64,000 nucleotides of DNA, from NCBI GenBank assembly GCA_963720465.1, contig OY970393.1, forward strand, positions 1,663,277 through 1,727,276, given 5' to 3'. The first letter of the stretch is position 1; each line of letters opens with the position of its first letter. Made by a program: the position numbers and the translations under genes. The stretch is from Methanobacteriota archaeon (GTDB lineage: Archaea > Halobacteriota > Bog-38 > Methanoflorentales > Methanoflorentaceae). Shown one piece after another: positions 9,976-18,318 of this stretch. The notes beneath the pieces were generated by a model, which searched no databases, was not told the DNA's origin, and was given only the letters and a program-made list of their open reading frames with translations.

Positions 9976-10192
9976 ATGGCCCAATCCTCACGCACCTTTC
10001 GTGTCTTCGTCAGCTCCACGTTTGGCGACCTTATTGAGGAGCGCAACGCCCTGCAACACGAAGTCTTCCCGCGCTTGCGGACGCTCTGTCATGAGCACGG
10101 CCGCCGTTTCCAACCCGTCGACATCCGGGGGCAGCGGGAGAAATCATCACACGGTCGTGACGGTTTGCTTATATCGCCAGGAGATGCGTTAG
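9976..10192 (+). pseudogene. N-terminal remnant of a DUF4062 (TIR-like, STAND-NTPase N-domain) gene, frameshifted and truncated
   Basis: FRVFVSSTFGDLIEERNALQHEVFPRLRTLCHEHGRRFQPVDIRG is the DUF4062 signature (VFvSSTF.DL..ER..L....fP.L...C...G..f..VDLRWG). Similarity continues in another frame (..TVCLYRQEMR) and then ends. No NTPase domain follows. Confidence 0.7.
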
Positions 10193-10487
10193 TGCTCATG
10201 AGTTATTGAAGTAAATTAACGCAGAATCGGCAATGCTTGCTCGAAATGAGCCGAGCGGCTCGCAAACGCTACCAGTCCCTCCCGACTTGGGAAGGGTCTA
10301 TGTATGCGATTCGGACTTTTTGGAATGAACTCGCAGATAACGCTCCGTTTTGAGTAACCGAGGATTACTCACTACATCTTTGACTAGTTGTACAAAACTC
10401 TTTACAGCCATAACGTCACACCGAAGGCCGTTAAGCCTGGAAAAGTTATTTAAGGATCTAAAATGAACGTTTCCGCGGTGATTATGC

Positions 10488-10784
10488 ATGGTGGAAAAAA
10501 AAAGACATCCTAGTGTGCCGAGAGCTTCTGTGAGTCACGAGAAGGACGCCTACACGATCGAAGTCGAACTGCCCGGCGTGGATAAGAAAGACGTCGAATT
10601 TGAAGCCTCCAAGCACAGTTTCTCTGTCAGAGCGCCGAGAGATGACAAGAAATACTCCTGGAGCTGGCCACTTGCGCACGCCGTTGACCCAGACAAGGCA
10701 AACGCTACGTTCAGTGATGGACTTTTGAGGGCTACGCTACCGATCGTAGAACGTGAGAAAGGCGCAAAAATACCAGTAATGTAA
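10488..10784 (+). CDS. small heat-shock protein, Hsp20/alpha-crystallin domain
   Basis: DAYTIEVELPGVDKKDVEFEASKHSFSVRA....ATFSDGLLRATLPI is typical of the ACD core. The N-terminal arm is very short and an A9 tract sits at codons 3-5, so the start is uncertain. Confidence 0.75.
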   Translation: MVEKKRHPSVPRASVSHEKDAYTIEVELPGVDKKDVEFEASKHSFSVRAPRDDKKYSWSWPLAHAVDPDKANATFSDGLLRATLPIVEREKGAKIPVM

Positions 10785-11365
10785 GCTTGAAACGATGGGC
10801 CCGCAAAGGGCTTGTCAATCTTTTTTTGTCTCTAGCGCAAACGCGGCGATTGCGCAGTGCTCCGTACATCCCGCCCGCGCACGTATCGTGGCTTCTGAGA
10901 CTTTTGATAGTTGCTCAAGGCGCGAATATATGAGGTTGCGGCGTGCGCTATGCGCGCAAAACCTTCGGCATCGCTTTTGAGGTGTTAAGGCGGGAGATTG
11001 AAGCCTATGGCCGCGTAACGACCTTCGTTGCGTGAAAGGATTGTCAGAAGCTAGCCTTCTTGGGACGTTACTCGAGCTGTTTTAGTATCGAGTGGTATCA
11101 GCGGTCCAACTCCTTGTTCTCTGTCTTCAGTTTGTCGTTCTCCTTTTTCAGGCGTGTGCACATCACCTGTCGCAGCGCAGCGCGCTCTATTCCCTCGATG
11201 AGCACACTGCTTTTGCGTATTTCTCCTTCGTGATCTTTTTTTTCGTTGCGTAAACCTTATTGTCCCCCGTGCGCTACACGCTAATACGTAAGGCCATCGA
11301 ACTATCGCGCATACATCCTTCTTTTTGCCGCCTCCGAAAATCTGGCTCCGAGAATCGCAATCGTT

Positions 11366-11563
11366 ATGCGGAAACGACGCGGTGTAAGATGTATGCGATC
11401 GATCTGCACGCACAAAATAAACGTTCAAAGCGCGAAAGCGTCGCACGCGTATCCGATTATCAGATTGCCGCGCGAGTATCGCGAACTAGCCGGTGCGGCT
11501 GCGACAATTTACAAAAACGACGCACAATGCTGCGCGTTTCTAATCTTGTCTAAGTCGTGCTAA
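11366..11563 (+). CDS. short ORF with the AKA..YP.IRLP....LAG...IY....AFL motif (possibly decayed)
   Basis: ..AKASHAYPIIRLPREYRELAGAAATIYKNDAQCCAFLIL resembles ..AKADYSYPTIRLPYKFSMLAGLRTRIFQTVHNGALAFLVV at 17535-17777. The pattern is reminiscent of a swapped-hairpin (AbrB-like) DNA-binding fold. The N-terminal part is not protein-like. Confidence 0.3.
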   Translation: MRKRRGVRCMRSICTHKINVQSAKASHAYPIIRLPREYRELAGAAATIYKNDAQCCAFLILSKSC

Positions 11564-11611
11564 ATACTATGCCCGCATCTGGATATGCTCGTCAGATTCG
11601 CGGGTATTCGC

Positions 11612-11704
11612 TTATATCCATCCGGCCAGGTAGAAAGCCAAGAGGCCGAACATTAGCATGACGACTACGATTACCGCCATTACCTTGGTCTGGAGTGAGT
11701 TCAT
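11612..11704 (-). CDS. 30-aa single-TM micro-ORF
   Basis: MNSLQTKVMAVIVVVMLMFGLLAFYLAGWI*. It is below the ORF-track cutoff and supported only by hydrophobic helix character. Confidence 0.3.
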   Translation of the reverse strand: MNSLQTKVMAVIVVVMLMFGLLAFYLAGWI

Positions 11705-11819
11705 TTTACACACTTCGCTTAAAGATCTACTCGTGCCGTTACCTGAAAAAACATTTGCTTACGCTAGTACTACAATATCAATAGCTTAATACGAAACAAG
11801 GCTGTATATCTCGGTTTGT

Positions 11820-12242
11820 ATGCCGCTATCACGTATGTCTATCACGTTACCCGTCGAACTGTTAGACGCCATCATCAAACGTGCGGAGCGCGATAACGTA
11901 ACCCGTTCTGCCCTAACGATTAAAGCTCTGACTGCCTATCTCGAAGATCGCATTGTCGAACCTGATACACAAGATAATATTGAAGTAATACGCCTGCGTG
12001 CAACCTTGCAAGGTAAAGACGAAATTATTCACCGCGCTGACGAAACAATAGACGCATTAAGGTTAGCTTTGAATATGCGCGACTTAAAAGGCGAGCTCCG
12101 CGAGATAAAGGGCGATAAGGCGGATCGCGACATGAAAAACTATAATTTACAATTCTTAGAAGCAAATAACAGCGCCAACGATTCTATTAAGGAAATAAAG
12201 CGCCCGAGTCGCGATTTGAACCCGAGTCGGAGCCTCGACTGA
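11820..12242 (+). CDS. ribbon-helix-helix (CopG/Arc/MetJ-like) protein with a coiled-coil tail
   Basis: MSITLPVELLDAIIKRAERDNVTRSALTIKALTAYLE is a classic RHH N-terminus, followed by a heptad-rich charged region. Confidence 0.7.
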   Translation: MPLSRMSITLPVELLDAIIKRAERDNVTRSALTIKALTAYLEDRIVEPDTQDNIEVIRLRATLQGKDEIIHRADETIDALRLALNMRDLKGELREIKGDKADRDMKNYNLQFLEANNSANDSIKEIKRPSRDLNPSRSLD

Positions 12243-12314
12243 CGCAATAATAGCCACTGCGATGCTAAATGGCCTAAAAAAGGCGCTTGTGGATAAAGGC
12301 GATGTGAGCCGCGC

Positions 12315-12536
12315 TCACATCTTCTCTACCCACGTTTTCAGCGTCTTGAGCATGTCGTTTTGGTGCTCTATGTGCTTCATCTTAATTTCGTTCATTAGAA
12401 CGCGCTGGTCGAGCGCCATCATCGCGAGTGCCTTTTTCGCTTCGTCGGGAAGCTTGTCCCAAATCGTCTTCATCATCATTCCGGCTTTTTCCAAGCCCTC
12501 TATATCCGGCATTGGTAAACCTTCAGGTTTGTCCAT
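12315..12536 (-). CDS. hypothetical small protein (73 aa)
   Basis: Clean ORF with a GGAG-type site upstream (caaaggagttgaaatacaATG). No motif recognised. Confidence 0.5.
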   Translation of the reverse strand: MDKPEGLPMPDIEGLEKAGMMMKTIWDKLPDEAKKALAMMALDQRVLMNEIKMKHIEHQNDMLKTLKTWVEKM

Positions 12537-12666
12537 TGTATTTCAACTCCTTTGTGACGCCTTTCACGGGCGACATTCGAGATATTCAGACTGAGGTGAA
12601 ACACGTTTCCCTTTTTTTTCTACAAAAGCAATTCCAATTTTGCTTTTTTTCGCGACTCAATTGCAG

Positions 12667-12925
12667 GCTGTATTCCCCCGACTTCAGAATGTCGCCCCCT
12701 GGTCGCTGAAGCCTATGAGAAAGACCACCGGGGTTTGGATGTGGCATTTGACGAGTTGGATCGGTCGTACTCTTCACGCGACCCTCAAAAACAGCTAGGG
12801 CCACCGCCGCGTTTCGTTTTCATCTCAACATGCACTTCGACAAGGAAGACACGCACCTCTACCGGCTTTTTCAAGGAACGCGTCCCCTTGCCCGAGCAAG
12901 GGAGGGCAGTGTGTCCCTATGATAG
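12667..12925 (+). pseudogene. internal fragment of a hemerythrin (HHE) gene, at least 3 frameshifts
   Basis: AVFPRLQNVAP / PLVAEAYEKDHRGLDVAFDELDRSYSSRDP / TARATAAFRFHLNMHFDKEDTHLYRLF / KERVPLPEQGRA lie in alternating frames. They align with residues ~60-150 of the intact copy at 40952-41584. Confidence 0.75.
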
Positions 12926-13079
12926 GCCGCCACACAGTTTAGATTGTCAAGGTAAATAATGAAAGCTGTCTGTTGATGGCCCTTATAATCTTATATATTC
13001 TGGCTGTCAATTTTAGCGCAGGAGCTCGAACTGCTTGGGTTCGTTGACATACGCCGCATCGGGGCCGCAAGCACGTGGA

Positions 13080-15101
13080 TCACGAAGTCTGTTGCTGTGC
13101 CTGTTCTGAGTTCAATTTGCTCTTAAGCAATTCATGCAGTTTTTCCGCACCAATGATCTCTGTATGACCCAGCTCCCATTCTGCAGGACACAGCACAAAC
13201 GGCGAGCATTGGGTGCCACCTAAACCGCCGTGACTCCCGATTAGCTCTTCGAACGCGGCGATCTCGTCGCTTTGAGGGTCGTAGAAGCTATTGACCAAGA
13301 TGTCAGGCGCGTGCCGGAAGCCGTCCGTGCGCCGCAAGTGGTCAGCTGCGTGTGGGCCAAAATTAGCGAGCGGGTCCTCTCCTTCGAAATGATCGTCCCG
13401 CAGAAAGTACGTGCCGTGGCTGCCAACGATAAGAGGTCCGTGCGCATTCGATCGCACCATGACGAAACCTATCCACTCTTGCCTGATAAGTCCTGGGATG
13501 AGCAGGGGGAAGGCGCTACTAATCTGCTCGTAGCTCATGCGCTCCTGACAATCTGTGAGGTAGATCAGACCCAAATTGCCCGAAGCCAATATTATAGCCT
13601 GTGCCTCTTCACGACGCGTGGAGCGCTCTTTTTCCTTGCGTCTGACTAAGTCAACGAGTGGCGACGTTTTTTGCGTCACGTAGTCCTTTCGCTGAAGAAA
13701 GGGATCAGCTACGGCTTGGCCAAAGTGGTCTAGATTTGAGTCAAGGGCGCTATATATTTTGACCCCGTCACCCATCAAATGCCTCACTAAACTTTCGAGA
13801 TCGTGGCCAGAGCGCTGCTTGAACGTCGCGCCGTTCGCTTGGCCATGATCAGAGAGCACGACCAACTGATAAGGACGTGGCGCGTAGCCTGTCGCTAGCT
13901 CAAGTCGGTGAAACTGTTTATCTAGCTGCTTGAGTGCGCGAAGTGAGGCGCTGTCTGAAATTCCGTTGTGGTGTGCTATTTCATCGTACGCAACGTAAGT
14001 CGCATACGCCACATCGATGCGCCCCGCAATCAGGTCACCGACCAACGTATCAGTAGTGACCTCGCGCAAAAAAACGTTCGCAGCGGCGCGGGTCAAGTAG
14101 TAAATAAAAAGCCCCTTGATCAGGCGTGGCTTCACTCTGAAAACGAGTTGCCGCACGCGACCTACGAACTCTTCGAAGATGTCCCAGAAAAAAAGCGCGA
14201 TAATACGCGGGATGTTTGAGGGGTTTGAGTACAAATAGAGCCATGATTTGGTGTAGAAGTGCCTCATCTCCTTCAATCGACTGAAGGTGAAGATATTGTC
14301 TGCAGCGTCTCCTGAAAAGAGATTTGTACGGCTCGCGCCGTTTTTTACCAGAAGCCCCCGCCTATTCGAAATTCGCGTTTCGATTTCAGGCGCGTCAGAG
14401 AGGCCCGTCGATACCATGATTCTGTTGCCGTGTTCTTTTTCGACCCACCGAAATGCTGGAAGATCTTGGTTATGTCCGTGCAAGATGCCCGCTTGGCTGG
14501 CGCCGGTTTGACTGGACAAGTCCGTTTCCCACGGGGTAATGCTATGGCTTCCACTCGCGAGCCATTTGGCGAGCGTCGGCAGGTATCCATTGTTGATCGC
14601 TCCGCGAAGTACCGATTCAGCAAGGCCGTCGATCTCCAAGAATACAGTGCCTTTGCGCTCTGTCCGAATCGCTCTTACGGTCTTCTTGATCTCTCTGCGT
14701 AGAATGTTGCGGTAATACCACGCATCATCGTTGTTTGTAAGCAGGCTAGCGAGAACTACGTTAATCGCTGTTAACCCCATCGCCGTCAAAACAAGGGCAA
14801 GTCCTTCGACGCTGGCGCCTGGCACCAGCTTGCTTGTAAACCAAATTAACAACGCATTGAGCAGCAGCACTCCTATTCCAAAGGTGTACGTCAAGAACCG
14901 CAGCGTCGATTGCGTCAATATCGGCCACAGAAGTGCGTTAGCAATTCCTAGAACCACTACTAAGGCGAGTGCTGCGGCAAAACTGTTAAGGCTCAGTCCT
15001 GGAATCACGTGTGCCAGAAGTGTGAGGCCGGCAGCTTCGCCGACCCACACTACGAGCGTACGATACAAGAAACGCCAATTGCGTTTCGTTTTGTCTTCCA
15101 T
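13080..15101 (-). CDS. membrane protein: holin-family-IV-like 4-TM N-domain fused to an alkaline-phosphatase-superfamily (nucleotide pyrophosphatase/phosphodiesterase-like) domain
   Basis: N-terminal TM block (..GLTLLAHVIPGLSLNSFAAALALVVVLGIANALLWPIL..), then VFLEIDGL, LSDHGQ and IGSHGGLGG motifs typical of type-I phosphodiesterase/AlkP-core enzymes. Confidence 0.75.
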   Translation of the reverse strand: MEDKTKRNWRFLYRTLVVWVGEAAGLTLLAHVIPGLSLNSFAAALALVVVLGIANALLWPILTQSTLRFLTYTFGIGVLLLNALLIWFTSKLVPGASVEGLALVLTAMGLTAINVVLASLLTNNDDAWYYRNILRREIKKTVRAIRTERKGTVFLEIDGLAESVLRGAINNGYLPTLAKWLASGSHSITPWETDLSSQTGASQAGILHGHNQDLPAFRWVEKEHGNRIMVSTGLSDAPEIETRISNRRGLLVKNGASRTNLFSGDAADNIFTFSRLKEMRHFYTKSWLYLYSNPSNIPRIIALFFWDIFEEFVGRVRQLVFRVKPRLIKGLFIYYLTRAAANVFLREVTTDTLVGDLIAGRIDVAYATYVAYDEIAHHNGISDSASLRALKQLDKQFHRLELATGYAPRPYQLVVLSDHGQANGATFKQRSGHDLESLVRHLMGDGVKIYSALDSNLDHFGQAVADPFLQRKDYVTQKTSPLVDLVRRKEKERSTRREEAQAIILASGNLGLIYLTDCQERMSYEQISSAFPLLIPGLIRQEWIGFVMVRSNAHGPLIVGSHGTYFLRDDHFEGEDPLANFGPHAADHLRRTDGFRHAPDILVNSFYDPQSDEIAAFEELIGSHGGLGGTQCSPFVLCPAEWELGHTEIIGAEKLHELLKSKLNSEQAQQQTS

Positions 15102-15108
15102 TGACGTT

Positions 15109-16089
15109 CTATCCTGCGCAGGCTAAAGTAAAAATCGTGATCTCAGGTGGGCAATTAACCCGTAACCAGAGCACGTTGGTGCCGAGGCCGCGACTTGTGT
15201 ACTGGACCATGTCGCCGATTTGATATCGCCCTAGCGGGTATTTCCTGGCGTGCGGCGCTCGCACCAAAGTCCCGATACCAGGCATGATGAGTTGCCCGCC
15301 GTGCGAGTGACCCGATATCTGCAGGCTAAATCGTCCCGTTGTTGCGCTAACGTCGGCGAAATCTGGTTCATGAGCCAACAGAATCGCGGGGCCCGACGGC
15401 GGAAGTTTGGCGAGCACAACGTCCAAGCGATGTTTGTTGAGCATAACGCTATCGACGCCGGCGATGTGCAACGCTGCGTCCCCTCGACGCACCGAGTGAA
15501 CGTCATTGCTCACGTCGAGGATATCGCTGCGTCTCAGTATCTCTCGCACCGCTGCCTCGCCGACCCAGTGGTCGTGATTCCCAAGGACCGCGACGCTTAC
15601 GTCCTTTGGACATAGCCTGCTCAGTGATCGCACCATTTCCTCCGAAAGCCGATCAACCTCGTACGAGAAGAGGTCACCGATAATGGCGACAAGGTCAGGT
15701 TGCTGCTCGTTGATCAGGCCAACCACGCCGTCGAAGCGCGCAGGGCTGATCCACTGGCCTAAATGGATATCGGCGATGCTGGCGATCTTATACCCGTCGA
15801 ACGCTGCGGCCAAGTCAGGAATAGTTACAGACACCGGCTCGATTTGAAAGGCGCTCGGCTCGAAGCGATCGCTGCCTATCTTTTCCGACAACCTCGCCAT
15901 TGTAAGCTGTAGATTTCGCCTGAAGGCGCGATGTCGCGTGTAGCGATGCCTCTTCATTGTTCTGTTTCTCTGCTTGTGGCTCGTCAACTTCATAGAGCAG
16001 TGTTTCATGTGATAAGCGCATTTTAAGTTTTTTTGGTTCTTGGCGCGCAGGGACGGGACACGCAACACGAAAAATGGGATTGGTTTCAC
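15109..16089 (-). CDS. metallophosphoesterase (YkuE-like calcineurin-type)
   Basis: DIHLG, IIGDLF, VLGNHDHW and ISGHSHGGQ motifs. It lies 7 nt upstream of the previous gene, so an operon is likely. The real start is probably an internal ATG (about 15957). Confidence 0.85.
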   Translation of the reverse strand: MKPIPFFVLRVPSLRAKNQKNLKCAYHMKHCSMKLTSHKQRNRTMKRHRYTRHRAFRRNLQLTMARLSEKIGSDRFEPSAFQIEPVSVTIPDLAAAFDGYKIASIADIHLGQWISPARFDGVVGLINEQQPDLVAIIGDLFSYEVDRLSEEMVRSLSRLCPKDVSVAVLGNHDHWVGEAAVREILRRSDILDVSNDVHSVRRGDAALHIAGVDSVMLNKHRLDVVLAKLPPSGPAILLAHEPDFADVSATTGRFSLQISGHSHGGQLIMPGIGTLVRAPHARKYPLGRYQIGDMVQYTSRGLGTNVLWLRVNCPPEITIFTLACAG

Positions 16090-16226
16090 TCGATGGCATC
16101 TGAAAGAGTTTTAGCCGTGGTGTTTGAAATTTACCAGTGCATTTCCTACGAAATCTGCTCCCAGTTATTGGGCGGTGGCTAACTCGTTAGCTGGCGACAA
16201 AGCGGAACGCTCGCTAAAAAAAGGCG

Positions 16227-16313
16227 TTAAAGCAACCCTGAAAACAGGCGCGAGATTGACTCTCTCAGCTTGATTGCCACACTTCGGCTCACATAGCGTT
16301 CTGCTTCCGTTGT
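16227..16313 (-). pseudogene. 28-codon 3' remnant of a second cardiolipin synthase gene
   Basis: TTEAERYVSRSVAIKLRESISRLFSGLL* aligns with the intact cls C-terminus TPERYANRSVIIKLKESIARLFSGLL*. Nucleotide similarity is also obvious (ctgaaaacaggcgcg..). Confidence 0.7.
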
Positions 16314-16490
16314 TTATCGTCAGATTATGATTTGTTGTGGTTTTATAGATGCTGGCGTTAAGCTTCGGCTGATAAGACGTAGTGGAAGCATCAGCCGTGA
16401 AGCTGCCGCACAGAACTATCTTTGTAGATTTCGAGCACGGAAATAGCAAGCTTTTCTGCGTCGTGTGCACACATCACCTGCTGCAACACG

Positions 16491-17141
16491 TCAATGATCT
16501 GGCGAACGATGTGCTCTAACGCGTCTCGCAACCGTATAAAGTGTGAATATGACAGGCACAAGAACGAATACTAAAAAACTTCCTGCTGGACTTATAAAAG
16601 AAACCATAATTGCTATTATGGCCAAAACTGGCAATGAAAGGTTCGATCGCCTGATGAGGTCGGCATAAGGCAGCACTTTCTCAGCTACGAACCCCTTTTT
16701 CCAGGCATAAGAGCAGTTAGCGTACCATAAAAGACCTATAATAAGCATGTTTACATCAAATATGACTTGTGCAAGCTGGAATTCACCATATTTACCAATA
16801 ATTGACGTAGAAAATGGCACAATGGCAATTGACATGAGCCAGAGGATATTTATCCAGAGAAGCGTGGTGTTGCTGTGTTTTATTATGTAGAATAGGTGAT
16901 GATCCATCCAAAAAACAGCCAGAAGGATGAAGCTGATAACGTAAACGAATATCTGCGGCAGAATACTTGTAACGTACGCGCTGAACGCAGCGGGAGTTAC
17001 GGGGGCTTGTAGTGTGGGTACTGCGATACTCAAAACCAGCAACGTCATAGCTATGGCAAATATCCCATCTGTTAGCTGTTCAATTCTGCCCGTAGGAATT
17101 TTCAGCGCGGGTATTTCGTACCGGTGCATCGGCAACTGCAT
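16491..17141 (-). CDS. TMEM175/DUF1211 family K+ channel-like protein
   Basis: Hallmark RIEQLTDGIFAIAMTLLVLSI (R.E.fsDGvfAIaiTLLv) in TM1 and six predicted TM helices. The gene is visibly AT-richer than its neighbours. Confidence 0.85.
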   Translation of the reverse strand: MQLPMHRYEIPALKIPTGRIEQLTDGIFAIAMTLLVLSIAVPTLQAPVTPAAFSAYVTSILPQIFVYVISFILLAVFWMDHHLFYIIKHSNTTLLWINILWLMSIAIVPFSTSIIGKYGEFQLAQVIFDVNMLIIGLLWYANCSYAWKKGFVAEKVLPYADLIRRSNLSLPVLAIIAIMVSFISPAGSFLVFVLVPVIFTLYTVARRVRAHRSPDH

Positions 17142-17454
17142 GTAAATTCTATCGGCTTAAAGTTGCGGATTTGATGTGAAGGGCAGGGGAAGCCAATAAT
17201 TAAAAAAATATTTACTACTAAGATATCGCCTCAATCGTCCAATCCCACGTTTTGTTATCCAATCATTCGCTTGCCGAGACAGCTCAAAGAGCTGGCAGAC
17301 ATTTGCAAATATCTATCAAACAGAGATTGACGGCGTTCAAGGGTTTTTCGTTGCACTTCAATTAGACAAATTACACAAAAGCGTGGAAGGTACGGTTCAG
17401 GATGATCAAGAGCTATAAAAAGCTCCAATCGACCAAAAAAGGCTAAAAAACCAA

Positions 17455-17501
17455 TGGGCTCGGCCGGATTCGAACCGACGACCTCCGCGGTGTGAAGACG
17501 G
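17455..17501 (-). tRNA. tRNA-Val(CAC)-like 3' half only (pseudo-tRNA / possible att remnant)
   Basis: Reverse complement reads ccgtc-TTCACAC-cgcgg aggtc GTCGG-TTCGAAT-CCGGC CGAGCCC A. This gives an anticodon loop with CAC, a 5-nt variable loop, a perfect T-arm, a 3' acceptor strand and a discriminator. No matching 5' acceptor strand (GGGCTCG) or D-arm was found within 300 nt. Confidence 0.5.
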
Positions 17502-17534
17502 AGGATTCTGAGCTTTTTTAGGTTTTTCGTTACG

Positions 17535-17777
17535 CTAAATAACAACAAGAAAGGCGAGTGCCCCGTTGTGCACTGTTTGAAAGATCCTTGTTCGTAGCCC
17601 TGCAAGCATAGAGAACTTGTAGGGCAGCCGAATCGTTGGATAGCTGTAATCTGCTTTTGCGCAATGAAGCGAGATCTTGGTTTCGTGAACTTCGAGTAGC
17701 GCGTTTGTGTAGGGTCGCCGCGCACCGTAATGTAATGGATAAGATTCGGCAGTTATCATAATGGTGAAGAGGTTCAC
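17535..17777 (-). CDS. short ORF with the YPTIRLP....LAGL.TRIFQTVHNGALAFLVV motif, ending 34 nt before the tRNA remnant
   Basis: Second member of the motif family seen at 11366-11563. Function unknown. Confidence 0.35.
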   Translation of the reverse strand: MNLFTIMITAESYPLHYGARRPYTNALLEVHETKISLHCAKADYSYPTIRLPYKFSMLAGLRTRIFQTVHNGALAFLVVI

Positions 17778-18106
17778 GCAGAGAGTTTAATCGTTGTGAT
17801 TTGCACCGGGGCGTAGGCGAGTTTAGCGCTAAGGAAGATGTGCACTCAAATCACACCCTTTATCGGCTCTGCTTCTGCTTTTTAGGCGCGAAATCCTTAC
17901 CGAGGCATGGAGTTAAATAATGGTTGATTGGAGCTCCGTTCTCGCAGCCCTATTGAGTGTCGGCGTGGGCACTGTCGTGACATATGTTGCGGCAGTGCGT
18001 TTAAACGCAAGCGCAAACAAACCACTGGCTTCCCAGTGAAGATATCCGGACCACGTGCGATTGTTTCAGAACAACGGAAGCTTTTTAGACTGCTAACGTT
18101 CTAGTG

Positions 18107-18312
18107 AATATATTTGAGCGTTTCACAACGTGTGCGGCACAGGCTTTGGCTCGCCTCGAGCGAACTAGCTACTTCAACCCCTTGCTCGTGAGTGCGCCGT
18201 TCAACGAAGGCCCCGCAAGAGACTCTTTCTTGAGCTGGCGGCGGCGTACGAGGCCAATACAAAACCGCAGCCTGACCAAACTCAGACGCGGATTCGAAAA
18301 ATTGTCGAAATG
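18107..18312 (+). pseudogene. 3' remnant of an HprK-like kinase paralogue (one frameshift)
   Basis: FTTCAAQALARLERTSYFNPLLVSAPF, then in another frame RKRLFLELAAAYEANTKPQPDQTQTRIRKIVEM. This aligns with LTAAQALSILERHDYFNPHLLVSTPFKRRLRKAFFGALLERITVYEVNTTEQPEQSQMRIREII of 3142-4125. Confidence 0.7.
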
Positions 18313-18318
18313 ACCAGC

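Noticed and set aside
10800-11360. 131-aa minus-strand ORF (11051-11446) and neighbouring ORFs as genes.
   Set aside because: The composition is Arg-rich and unprotein-like. A short coiled-coil-like tail (..IEGIERAALRQVMCTRLKKENDKLKTENKELDR*) appears only in another frame, behind an A8 run. The evidence is too fragmentary to call.
12201-12262. tRNA-like T-loop (GGGTTCAAATC on the minus strand) at the end of the RHH gene.
   Set aside because: No consistent T-stem (one mismatch), anticodon arm or acceptor stem can be drawn. It is better described as a short direct repeat, CCCGAGTC(n10)CCCGAGTC, inside coding sequence.
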